64,000 nt of DNA, from the NCBI GenBank assembly GCA_014376695.1, contig JACMRA010000016.1, positions 47,814 to 111,813 of the forward strand, written 5' to 3'. This DNA comes from Minisyncoccota bacterium. Lineage in GTDB: Bacteria; Patescibacteriota; JACMRA01. The notes under the pieces were generated by a model. It saw only the letters and a program-made list of their open reading frames with translations. It made no database searches and was not told where the DNA came from. Of this stretch, positions 46,282-55,873 are shown one piece after another (the first letter of the stretch is position 1; each line of letters opens with the position of its first letter). A program made the translations under genes and the position numbers.

Positions 46282-47168
46282 TCTACAATAATTCCGAACT
46301 AAAAATCAAAGTCTTTGGCATTCTGCAGAGTTTAATCAAGAATTTGGGTTTAATTCCAAGGCCGCTGCAAATTATCCAATTGGGGGACAATATGGTAAGT
46401 AGCCGATACGTCAATCTCAAGCTAAAAATGGCCAAAGAACTGGGTATTAAGACCCATCTTATCCAGCCTGACGTGGTAGATTTTGAACAGGTTAAGGATT
46501 TTTTTGATAGACTTCCAGAGATGATAAGCAAGGAACTGATCAACGAAGCCAGTTGGCAAGCCGGGGTTATGCTGCAATTACCGTTTGATTTTCAGGAGCA
46601 AATTGACTACCCTGCCCTCTGGGATAACGATAATTTTGTGGATATAGATTTTTTGGGGTACCAAACTTCGAGGCTTTTTGCGCGGGGCTTTTTGCCACCT
46701 ACAATTCAGGCCATCGACCTGGTACTCAAGGATATCCTCCTCAATCTCAACGATTTTACTCTAATAGAATTTCAGATCAAGCTCGACCTACGCGGCAAAA
46801 TTGTGGCAGCCGTTGGACAAGGGCAATTAGTTGGCAAATTCTTGACTCAATATTTGGTCGAGCGGGGTGCTACGGTTATTTCTATTAATGAGCAGACGCC
46901 TGATCCCGAATTACTCTGTAAGCAAGCCGATATTGTTATTACAGCCACGGGAGTCGGTGGCCTTATCAAGTCCAACTGGCTTAGTAGTGGCGCCATAGTA
47001 ATAGACGCTGGAACTAGTGATAGCAACGGGTCAATAGCCGGCGATGTCGATATAACACAACTAACGGCCACCCACAAAATCGACGAAATAGTTCTATGCA
47101 AGTCCCCTGGCGGCATCGGCCCGCTGACAATACTCTGCCTATTCTATAATCTTATAATGATTGGGTAG
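46278..47168 (+). CDS. folD: methylenetetrahydrofolate dehydrogenase/cyclohydrolase
   Basis: VGQGQLVGKFL, ADIVITATG, GAIVIDAGT, GDVD and SPGGIGPLT. ATGA overlap with the upstream gene. Confidence 0.8.
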   Translation: MIYNNSELKIKVFGILQSLIKNLGLIPRPLQIIQLGDNMVSSRYVNLKLKMAKELGIKTHLIQPDVVDFEQVKDFFDRLPEMISKELINEASWQAGVMLQLPFDFQEQIDYPALWDNDNFVDIDFLGYQTSRLFARGFLPPTIQAIDLVLKDILLNLNDFTLIEFQIKLDLRGKIVAAVGQGQLVGKFLTQYLVERGATVISINEQTPDPELLCKQADIVITATGVGGLIKSNWLSSGAIVIDAGTSDSNGSIAGDVDITQLTATHKIDEIVLCKSPGGIGPLTILCLFYNLIMIG

Positions 47169-47181
47169 GGGTGGTAGTTTT

Positions 47182-47703
47182 TTATTTACCTGTTGGATTA
47201 TCTAACGCTCTTTGGCCAGGATTTTTTTTGTAGTAATCCTCCAATTCTTTCAATCTTATCTCTTCTGCTTTCATTGCAGCTGCGCCTGGATCGAATGGTG
47301 TCGTGATTACATTAACTTCTCGCCTATTTATTTCGTTCTGATTTTTGATAGCAGCATTTTCTACGGCAGCTACTTCAGCGGCTTTAAGCCTTGCTATTTT
47401 TTCATTTTTTTGTTGATCGGCCCGAAATGAGTTAATTAGATTTTGAGGGTGATTTGGATCAAGCACAGAAGCTTTAAGTGTTGTCCTTGGAACTTTACCG
47501 ATAACCCCGGTAACGGCTTTGACGGGACCTACTATAGGCTGGGGATTTGCCTTAATCCCATCTTTAACTTCACTGCTCAGAGTCTCAACAGCCGCAGGAA
47601 AATTATCTGGTGGAATGGGGCTTAAACAGCTCGTCAATATCAACGAGGTTAGTGTAGCGGGTGAAAATTTTCTAAATAAATTTTTTAATTCCATAGTAAG
47701 CAA
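47182..47703 (-). CDS. lipoprotein, unknown function
   Basis: Signal peptide with a lipobox-like LTS-C; 173 aa. Confidence 0.5.
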   Translation of the reverse strand: MLTMELKNLFRKFSPATLTSLILTSCLSPIPPDNFPAAVETLSSEVKDGIKANPQPIVGPVKAVTGVIGKVPRTTLKASVLDPNHPQNLINSFRADQQKNEKIARLKAAEVAAVENAAIKNQNEINRREVNVITTPFDPGAAAMKAEEIRLKELEDYYKKNPGQRALDNPTGK

Positions 47704-47789
47704 TAAAAATTATTAAACAATTAATACTACTAGCTTTATATAACAATATTGCATTTGTCAATAATTACAAAACCTTATTTACTGAAGCT

Positions 47790-48314
47790 ATGTCTAGCAA
47801 ATCATCTAACAAATATATTTTTATCGGTTTAATCGTGTTTATTGGCCTTGGAGTAGCCAGTTTAATTTGGTTTGGCAGCAGTCTCTCGATGACTAGCTCG
47901 AGCAACGCATCATCCACCCCAAAAAATTCACCTGTCAGCTATGCCAGTCTCCCAGCCAGTCCAATCTTGCTTGATACCAGTAATCTATCACCAAAAATTG
48001 ACGCCAGCCCAGCTAGCAAATATCGAAGTGGGGTCTATACGGCAGCTATGGAATACAAGGTTCCAGACAGAGAGATTAACAAAATCACAGTCAAAGTTAC
48101 CCTCGAAAATGACGTAATCAAGGACTTATCCAATGAATATGTAGGAATAGGTAGTCAATCTATCCAATATAAGAACTCTTTTGAATCAATGATCAAAAAC
48201 GAAACCATCGGCAAAAAAATCGATCAGCTTAATCTTGCAAATGTCGGGGGAGCAAGCCTGACAACGCCCGCCTTCAATCAAGCAATCGGTCAAATTATTA
48301 ATCAAGCCAAATAG
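47790..48314 (+). CDS. membrane-anchored FMN-binding-domain-like protein
   Basis: N-terminal TM helix. The pattern YRSGVYTA..KVTLENDVIKDL..VGGASLTTPAF resembles FMN_bind domains, which are flavinylated at S/T. Confidence 0.45.
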   Translation: MSSKSSNKYIFIGLIVFIGLGVASLIWFGSSLSMTSSSNASSTPKNSPVSYASLPASPILLDTSNLSPKIDASPASKYRSGVYTAAMEYKVPDREINKITVKVTLENDVIKDLSNEYVGIGSQSIQYKNSFESMIKNETIGKKIDQLNLANVGGASLTTPAFNQAIGQIINQAK

Positions 48315-48320
48315 ATCAAG

Positions 48321-49166
48321 ATGCTGTTAATTGATGGTCTCGAGGCTCTTGGGACCAAATGGTGGGTTCGGCTGACTAATCCCGAATTTATACCAATCGA
48401 CTCTTGCATAAGCCAAAAAATTACTGGGCTAATTCTCAATTTTCAACTGGCTTATAGTCGCTTCGATCAGGCAAGTTTGCTTAGTCAACTCAACCAAAAT
48501 CGTAAGCTTAAGAATCCACCAGCTGAACTAATTGAAATGCTAATAATTGGAATTGACTTCTATAATCAAACTGGCGGACTCTTTAACATCGGCCTCGAAA
48601 ACCAGCTTCGGGCTATTGGGTATGGAAAACCGATTCAAACCATTGAACTAGTACCCGATATTAATAAGTTAATCAAAATTACAGACAGCCATATTCAGTT
48701 AATTGGACGGGGTAACATAGATCTCGGCGGCCTGGGTAAAGGCTATCTCATTGAGCTAATTGCCAAATATTTGAGATCTCAAGGCTACCACAATTTTTTG
48801 ATTAATGGGGGCGGGGATATCTTGGTAAGTGGGGACTCGCCCCAAACTATAACTCTAGAAAATCCTTTTGAACTTGGGATTAGTTTGGGTCAAGTAGTAT
48901 TGGATAATCAAGCTCTTGCTTGCTCAAGCACCGCCAAACGCAGCTGGAACCACCCAAGTTACGGTCAGGTTAGCCATATTATCAACCCAAAAAAAAGCCC
49001 CAGCCAGGCTCCAGGTAACCAGACAGCCAGCTTCGTAGTTGGTTCTAGTATCTTAGCAGCTGATATTGTAGCGACAATTTTGTGTATTGGTAATCAGACT
49101 TCGTATAACCAAGAGATTTTGGAGAGATTGGCTGATATGTATGGGCTGGTCGTGAAGGTTCTTTAA
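48321..49166 (+). CDS. apbE: FAD:protein FMN transferase (ApbE family)
   Basis: IDLGGLGKGYLIE and LINGGGDILV motifs. Confidence 0.75.
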   Translation: MLLIDGLEALGTKWWVRLTNPEFIPIDSCISQKITGLILNFQLAYSRFDQASLLSQLNQNRKLKNPPAELIEMLIIGIDFYNQTGGLFNIGLENQLRAIGYGKPIQTIELVPDINKLIKITDSHIQLIGRGNIDLGGLGKGYLIELIAKYLRSQGYHNFLINGGGDILVSGDSPQTITLENPFELGISLGQVVLDNQALACSSTAKRSWNHPSYGQVSHIINPKKSPSQAPGNQTASFVVGSSILAADIVATILCIGNQTSYNQEILERLADMYGLVVKVL

Positions 49167-49190
49167 CTAATCAATAAGCTCATTACCCGA

Positions 49191-51214
49191 CTAAAACTTA
49201 TCTATATTGTTAAGCCTGCTTATAATTTGACGGTAATTCACTTTCTTAAAATATTGGTTTATAAGGTTTTTTACTACTACATTATTTCTATCAATGTCAT
49301 CATTTATTACAAAGTAAGTTAATAATAACTCTCTTAGATTGCGATAATCCAACGCCGTATTCTCCATCCAATGTTGATCATTTTCAAAGTAAAAGACAAT
49401 TGAAAATAGATTTAGCAACGGCGCTAATTCAAACTTTTCTGAACTTATAATATTATCTTTAAAGTTAAATAATGTATGATAGATGCCAAGCAATAGAATT
49501 GAATTTATTTTCCAGATACCTGAATTCAAGAGGTTGTAAATATTTACAGTTAAATTATCACCATTACGATATGGTATTACAACACTTCTTTTCCCATCTA
49601 ATGAATCGGCGAATATCTCATCATTATACTCCTCACTCAAATACTTTATAAAGCGTTGATATAACCTGTAAATTTTATTTTTAGACAGTAGAGTTAATTC
49701 AGGCGATTTAGTTAATTGGTATAATTTTTGAATAAAAACTGATGTATTAAATTTATCGTTCAACTCTTTGCTAAAAATTAAGCAAAATACTGAATAACCT
49801 GTCTGTTCTTTCTCTATGATTTCCTGATAATATTTTTGATACAGTTTATTGCACTGATCTGCAAATTCATCGTTACGGAAGATCGAATCTAAATACTTCG
49901 TAACTTGGGAATTTAACTTTGCAGTTGGGCCTCTTCCCTCGTAACTATCTACTCCATAAACTCCACTAACTAGGGCCGAACTCTGCTTAAGAATAGGAAA
50001 ATACTCAAAGCAGGTCGTCTGCTTAACATGTTTAAAATCTAAATTGACTACAAAAACCAAATTCTGAAAATTACAAACAAAATTAAGCGAGTTAAAAAGA
50101 TTATAAACCTGCTTGGGGTTAAGCCTGTCAACTTCGTCAACGATGATTATTACTGGTTTATCGAACAGGTCAAGCTTTTTGGAGATTTTGTCTTTTAGTT
50201 CTGATGTACTATCAGGGCCGCCTAGAAATGGGAAGAGCTTGAGCCAGTCAAAGAAGTTAACCTTTTCTTTGAGAGTATTGAAATATTGAGTAGTAATCTC
50301 ATCGGTCAAAATATTATTTTGGTGTAATATAAATCCTATTTCATCAAGCAAGGCCTTGTTAAAGTTATCTGTATTCTGCACTTGAGTTGTGTTAAACTTG
50401 TAAATATATGGAGATACTAAATCAAATCTTGGGATTGTTTTAGACTTGGGATTGTTAAAATATTGATATTTAGAATTGTATTGGACACTACGAGCGTCCA
50501 TTAACCGCACGTCATAGAGTAGGTTAGTAATCGAGGATTTACCAGATCCCTGCTCTCCATCATAAAAAATAACTAGACTTTCCCGCTCTAGCCTCGCCTT
50601 ATTTTTTGCAATTGCCTTAACTAAATTGCTGTTAAATTTGTCACATTCTCCCACATACGAATTTATAAAATCATTCTCGAGCTTGTCGATAGTTGAACTA
50701 TTCACCCAATCTAAGTCAAGCGCAAAGTTGGGTCTGAGCCATCCGGATTTTTTGGTCGAGTTAATATATTGGGAAAAATTGTTTGAATCTTTATTCGCAG
50801 GAAGCAAAAGCGACTAAAAAACCAATTAAGAATTCTTGTAAATTGCCCCAACTTGTAGCGAACTGGCTTAATTTGACCTTTGACTTCTTTGTACCACCCC
50901 TCCATCCAATCGCGCGTGGGCTTGAACAAGAAAACCAGAAAGAAAGATATTAAAGAAAAGCTCAGCCCAACAATCAGAATAAATAGCCATTCACTCCCAC
51001 CAAATAAACCAATCAAAATTGGCTCTCTGGCAAATAACTCTAGGCACCAAATTCTAATCCAAAACAAAGGATTAAGCTTAAGATAGTTTATACTGGAACC
51101 AATGCCTAGCCAATCAGTGAATTCAACGACTATGTAAATCAGACTTGCAAAACCAACAAAATACAAATATCTAGTCAAAAACCAATCCCAGAATCTAGCA
51201 AGCTTCTTTTTCAT
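49191..51214 (-). pseudogene. KAP-family P-loop NTPase with N-terminal TM domain, frameshifted
   Basis: Walker A GEQGSGKSS and Walker B VIIIVDEVDRLNPKQV. The TM domain (track ORF 50711..51214) and the NTPase (49191..50807) are in frames offset by -1. Alignment to copy 1 places the shift near the T4 run (plus-strand 50806-50809). Confidence 0.6.
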
Positions 51215-51280
51215 AATATTTTTTGCTAAAGCAATCGGCTATCTGTTAAATTAAAATCAGTTCTGGTTTGTTAATCTTAG

Positions 51281-51301
51281 ATACCGCATCAAGTGCGGTA
51301 T
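51281..51301 (-). terminator. hairpin 30 nt downstream of cfa (terminator-like, no U-tract)
   Basis: ATACCGCA-loop-GTGCGGTAT, an 8-9 bp stem. Confidence 0.3.
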
Positions 51302-51330
51302 GACATGGGTGGTGTCGGATGACGTTCTAC

Positions 51331-52485
51331 TTACCTAACACCTCGATAGACTTCGTGGGAGTTTTTGGAGAGGACGATTTGCCAGAGTTCAAGCTTTCGT
51401 GCCTTAAAAGCCCCAGCGCAGCTCAGCAGATAATAAGTCCACATACGATAGAATCGATCTCCATAATTATCTTTGATTTTTGGCCAGCTGTTCTGGAAAT
51501 TCTCAAGCCAAGCCAGGAGAGTCTTTTCGTAATATAACCCAAAGTTATGCCAATCTTCGAGTGCAAACCTGTTCTCGATAACCGCCGTAATCTGGGTCGC
51601 CGAAGGGATCTTACCATTGGGGAATATATAGGTATCAATCCAAGGATCTCGCCCAGTATCGGTACGCTTGTTACCAATTGTGTGAAGTAAAAACAATCCC
51701 CCATCGCGCAAAAGTTGCTTGCTACAAACCATAAATTCTGGATAACGAGACAGGCCAACATGTTCGAACATTCCCACACTTACAACTCGATCGTATTCTT
51801 GAGTAGTTACGGCACAATATTCTTGATAATCCAAAAGATGAATTTCTATGTCTAATTCTGGATAGGTTAGTTCGATATATTTTTTTTGCTCGACCGATAC
51901 CGTCAGCCCAGTGGCTTTGACTCCGTACTTCTCAACCATATAAACCAATAATCCGCCCCATCCGCAGCCAATATCGATTATGGTCATGTCTTTTTCGAGA
52001 TGTAACTTCTGGCAGATTAGTTCGTATTTGGCAACTTGAGCCTCGTCTAACTTGTCAGTGTCTTTGAAATAAGCGCAGGAGTAAGCCATTGAAGCCCCTA
52101 GCATATTCTCATAGAGGTCGTTACCGTTGTCGTAGTGCTTGCGGCCAACTTCGTAAGGGTCAGCGGAAGGGAGTAATTTGATACGGGCCAACTCAAAAAT
52201 ATTATCCAGTCGCAACTGACTGTAGAACTTAGTTGACAAATCGGCCTCAATCACCCGCTGAAAAAACCCTTCCAAATCCTTACATTCCCACCAACCGTCC
52301 ATATAACTTTCCCCGAGCCCAAGTGACCCATTTTTGACGAGGCGATCATAGAAGCCAGGGTGTTTGATGATAATATCCCAATCGTTTTTGGCGTTTTGAG
52401 CATCGTTGGATATACCTATATTGGCAGCTGCCAGAAGGTCGGTTACGTAACTGATAACTTTGATATTGGTTTGATTAGTGGCCAT
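51331..52485 (-). CDS. cfa: cyclopropane-fatty-acyl-phospholipid synthase family methyltransferase
   Basis: HYDNGNDLYENMLG..MAYSCAYF and the SAM motif IDIGCGWGG. Confidence 0.8.
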   Translation of the reverse strand: MATNQTNIKVISYVTDLLAAANIGISNDAQNAKNDWDIIIKHPGFYDRLVKNGSLGLGESYMDGWWECKDLEGFFQRVIEADLSTKFYSQLRLDNIFELARIKLLPSADPYEVGRKHYDNGNDLYENMLGASMAYSCAYFKDTDKLDEAQVAKYELICQKLHLEKDMTIIDIGCGWGGLLVYMVEKYGVKATGLTVSVEQKKYIELTYPELDIEIHLLDYQEYCAVTTQEYDRVVSVGMFEHVGLSRYPEFMVCSKQLLRDGGLFLLHTIGNKRTDTGRDPWIDTYIFPNGKIPSATQITAVIENRFALEDWHNFGLYYEKTLLAWLENFQNSWPKIKDNYGDRFYRMWTYYLLSCAGAFKARKLELWQIVLSKNSHEVYRGVR

Positions 52486-52542
52486 AAGGATTTGATAGTA
52501 ATTGGTATTTTGTAGCTCGCGATGAGTATTCTTGAGTATCGT

Positions 52543-52572
52543 ATTTTAGCTAGAATAGGATTTTTTTGTCAA
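52543..52572 (-). promoter_or_regulatory. sigma70-type promoter of cfa
   Basis: Read on the minus strand: TTGACA (52572-52567), 18 nt, TAAAAT (52548-52543). Confidence 0.5.
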
Positions 52573-52605
52573 ACTAGTCTCCGCGACTTGCGACACCAGA
52601 TAGCC

Positions 52606-52634
52606 TTGACATTCCCGTCTAATATTGATATAGA
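52606..52634 (+). promoter_or_regulatory. sigma70-type promoter of the 52671 operon
   Basis: TTGACA (52606-52611), 17 nt, TATAGA (52629-52634). Confidence 0.45.
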
Positions 52635-52670
52635 ATTTAGCTATAGTTATAATCGTAGCAATCAAGACTT

Positions 52671-54302
52671 ATGACACAGCCAAGCCAACACAAACAAAAT
52701 CTCCCCTTAGGCCCCCGACTAAACGAATATATTATCACGGTTGTTTTGGGGCTGTTGCTTATTGGCACGGCAATAGCCAGCTTGTTCTCATACGCTCAAG
52801 GAACTGATAGGGGCCTAATAATCAGCCCGCCAATAATCGAGGCAACCCTAGTCCAAGGACAAACAGCCAAGTATTCGCTTCGCTTAGAAAATGACAGTGG
52901 GAGTAGCTCAATCAAACTAAAAGCCTATCTCAACAAAGTCAGTATCGACGAACAAGATAATCCGCTCCTTGAACCAGTTGACCCAAGCGACCCCCTGAAT
53001 CAATTAATACAGCTTCAAGTACAGGAGTTCACCCTCGCCCCAAAAGAAGTCAAAAATCTCGACTTTCTAGTTAACCAGCCTGTCAACAGCCTAAATGGAA
53101 GTTTGGCGGCTATAATCTTTGAACCCATAACTCCAGATTCTGCGGCCAACGGCATCGATATTAAACAGCGGTTATCTACTCTAGTCTTTGTGCAAACGCC
53201 CCGAAAAGATGGTGATCCGACCCCTACATTTCAAGTTATAAATACTAAGGCTGATTTAGCCATTGTTGACCCATTTTTGGATACTTTTGGGCTGAGTTAT
53301 CAAGTTTATAACCCAACTTCCCAATTTATCAAAGTTGATTCAGCTGTCAATCACGCTCCAGTTGAGAACAGCCTCGGGCGCAAAACAATCCTGCCCTTTG
53401 GCACCCGAATGCTAAATATTACAGGGCAAGCTGCGATTCAATTGCCAAAATGGCTCCAAAAAGTGGTTAATCCACGCTTTGACCAGTCCAAAATCCCCAA
53501 AATTCAGGACTTGACTGGTGGCAAGATTTTTGGTGAGCAAATCCTCAACCTCAACAACAACCAACCCGAAAAAACTCAAGCCAAGATCTGGATTATACCC
53601 TGGAAAACTACCTTGATCCTAATTATTTTGTTGTCGCTCCTGATTAGTCTGTACTATACAAGCCTCTGGCTACTGGCCAAAATCAAAATCAACGGCAAAG
53701 AATTAGTTTCAACGCCCAATGTCTCCAAGCGACTGCCAGTAATTATCTGCTTCGGTATAGCTTTGATTTGTCTGACGCTTTTGTTAGTGGTTCAGGTGTC
53801 AATTCCTCGCATCGACCTATCCGAAAATAAGATCAATACCGACCTCCCTCTCAAAAATCTCCCCAAGAATCAAATCTCGCTTAATGAAAATTTTGCGACC
53901 AATCCTATAATTGTTGGCAGAGGATTTAAAACCGATATCGCCCAAAAAAGTATCACAATCGACGACACTAACTGCCAAACCCCCGAGTTCCCAGCAAGGC
54001 TCAACGGCTGTTATCTCGATATCGACCTCTCCAAAATCACAACCCCCCAAGACACCAAGGTCACCCAATTAATCCTTGGTCAGCTTAGTTCCAAAAATAT
54101 CCAAGTCCAAGGCAAGTCAAACGACGGGCAGGATATTACCCTCCAAACCAGTAATCAAGACTTAGGTCAGAGCAATACCGTGGCTATCGACACCGCTAAC
54201 CCGAACCTCGACAAAACCAAACCTATCCAAATCGGATTCTGGCAAACCACAAAAGACCGAGCAATCACAATCAATAATATTATTATAAGTTACAACAAAT
54301 AA
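52671..54302 (+). CDS. cell-surface protein (DUF916-like N-terminal domain, two internal TM helices)
   Basis: Signal anchor and an Ig-like region (IISPPIIEATLVQGQTAKYSLRLEND). TM helices lie near residues 305-335 and 350-375. The family guess is weak. Confidence 0.4.
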   Translation: MTQPSQHKQNLPLGPRLNEYIITVVLGLLLIGTAIASLFSYAQGTDRGLIISPPIIEATLVQGQTAKYSLRLENDSGSSSIKLKAYLNKVSIDEQDNPLLEPVDPSDPLNQLIQLQVQEFTLAPKEVKNLDFLVNQPVNSLNGSLAAIIFEPITPDSAANGIDIKQRLSTLVFVQTPRKDGDPTPTFQVINTKADLAIVDPFLDTFGLSYQVYNPTSQFIKVDSAVNHAPVENSLGRKTILPFGTRMLNITGQAAIQLPKWLQKVVNPRFDQSKIPKIQDLTGGKIFGEQILNLNNNQPEKTQAKIWIIPWKTTLILIILLSLLISLYYTSLWLLAKIKINGKELVSTPNVSKRLPVIICFGIALICLTLLLVVQVSIPRIDLSENKINTDLPLKNLPKNQISLNENFATNPIIVGRGFKTDIAQKSITIDDTNCQTPEFPARLNGCYLDIDLSKITTPQDTKVTQLILGQLSSKNIQVQGKSNDGQDITLQTSNQDLGQSNTVAIDTANPNLDKTKPIQIGFWQTTKDRAITINNIIISYNK

Positions 54303-54312
54303 AAGAATTTCC

Positions 54313-55866
54313 ATGCCGACCATCTCTCAAAATAACCTGTTTAAGCTCTCTCAATTGGTATGGAAGAGTGCCTTCGGTATCGTATTTTTGCTGACTTTTT
54401 TGGCTAATGTGCCGGTTATAGCCCAGGCAACCGGCCCTTATCGGCTAATTTATCCTATCAATAATTCTGGGATCGCAATGACTGATTATCAAGTGGATAT
54501 TTACTTTGATACCTCCATTTTAATAAGCAAATTCAAGATGAGGACGGATTGTGCAGATATTAGACTACTCTCTAGCGCCGGGGTTGCGCTAAGCTTTTGG
54601 CTGGAGTCTGGGTGCAATACCACTACAACTCACATCATCGTCAAGATCCCGGCGGTGAATCCTGGAGTAACTACATTTTTTCTTGATTTTGGTAATTTTG
54701 CTCTGACTAGTACAAGCAACTCAGTGACCACGGCAGTTTTTTCTGACCAGATGGCTACTACTCCAGCTTGTACCTTAACGGGAACTGCGGTTTTGGATAC
54801 TGTTAATCAATGGCTTCAGCTTAACCCCATTGGTGGTGGAACTGGAACTTGTGACTATAATTATAATCCTGGTAGCGGATTTATCGCCAAATTTGACTTT
54901 TGGACTGGGGGCGGTAATCAAAATGCTACTTGGTTTTATGCTTTTAATACCTCCGTTCCAACCTCAGAGGATAAAGCGGCTAACGGCTATCATTTTACCT
55001 TCGATGAATTTCAAGATCGAGTTTGCTTTACAAAGTCTAACGCTAACAACGGTGCCGGTATTGTTTGTGGCGCGATAACTACTCTCGATAATTCTACCTG
55101 GAAATCTGCCGAAGTCCGGTACTTTAATAACCAATCTTGGATCTACATAGATGGTGTTTTGATTGTTTCAGGAACCGATCCGGCGCCTATTCCAACTACT
55201 GGCAATTTTTTTGGGTTCGGTGCTCGAGGCGGCGGCGGAACAAGTAATGAGCACCGCGTACGCCGAACATATGTTAGCCAATACACCCCTCTTATCACCC
55301 TTAACGTCCCAAGCGAGCTTGTATATGTCTCAATGACCATTCGCGACATTAGTAATACCGTTAATACCAATTCCTGTGATTTTGGAATTGCCAGCACCCT
55401 TAGCAACACTCAATGTATATACCGAATTGCCATCAACACAAACGCCACTAACGGTTATCAATTATTTAGTCAAACCAGCGGCGGCCTCAAGCGGACGGGG
55501 AGTACCTATGTAATCAGCAATGCACTGGCTGGCACGGGCACGGGAGGCGGAAGTCCGATTAATAATACCACCAACGGAATCGAAAAATACGGTGTTAAGA
55601 TTACCCCCGGAAACACCACTGCCGGTAACAATATCCTACTCCCAAACACTCCATTTTATGTTGGGTCAATTCTGGCTGGAGCTAACTCAACTTCTTTTAG
55701 CCATACCGTTAACACCTTAACAGTCAATAGTCCGTTCGCAAACATTCCGGCAGTTGGTGATACGGCCAATACCATCACAATGACTCACAATCTTAATATT
55801 TCTCCAAGTACACCAGCAGGAGCCTACACCCAGCGAATTGTCTACACCCTGATAGCTAATTTCTAA
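54313..55866 (+). CDS. secreted DUF2341/LamG-like domain protein
   Basis: Signal peptide. YRLIYPINN..DYQVDIYFD..DIRLLSSAGVALSFWLES resembles DUF2341, followed by a concanavalin-like region. Confidence 0.45.
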   Translation: MPTISQNNLFKLSQLVWKSAFGIVFLLTFLANVPVIAQATGPYRLIYPINNSGIAMTDYQVDIYFDTSILISKFKMRTDCADIRLLSSAGVALSFWLESGCNTTTTHIIVKIPAVNPGVTTFFLDFGNFALTSTSNSVTTAVFSDQMATTPACTLTGTAVLDTVNQWLQLNPIGGGTGTCDYNYNPGSGFIAKFDFWTGGGNQNATWFYAFNTSVPTSEDKAANGYHFTFDEFQDRVCFTKSNANNGAGIVCGAITTLDNSTWKSAEVRYFNNQSWIYIDGVLIVSGTDPAPIPTTGNFFGFGARGGGGTSNEHRVRRTYVSQYTPLITLNVPSELVYVSMTIRDISNTVNTNSCDFGIASTLSNTQCIYRIAINTNATNGYQLFSQTSGGLKRTGSTYVISNALAGTGTGGGSPINNTTNGIEKYGVKITPGNTTAGNNILLPNTPFYVGSILAGANSTSFSHTVNTLTVNSPFANIPAVGDTANTITMTHNLNISPSTPAGAYTQRIVYTLIANF

Positions 55867-55873
55867 ATCAAAT

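Noticed and set aside
50747-50753. In-phase A AAA AAT slippery heptamer (minus strand) as a programmed -1 frameshift site joining the two halves of KAP copy 2.
   Set aside because: Alignment to copy 1 shows homology already follows the -1 frame from about 50800 (ANKDSNN.. versus KENNIT..), upstream of this heptamer. The shift must therefore occur earlier, near 50806-50809, where there is no slippery motif.
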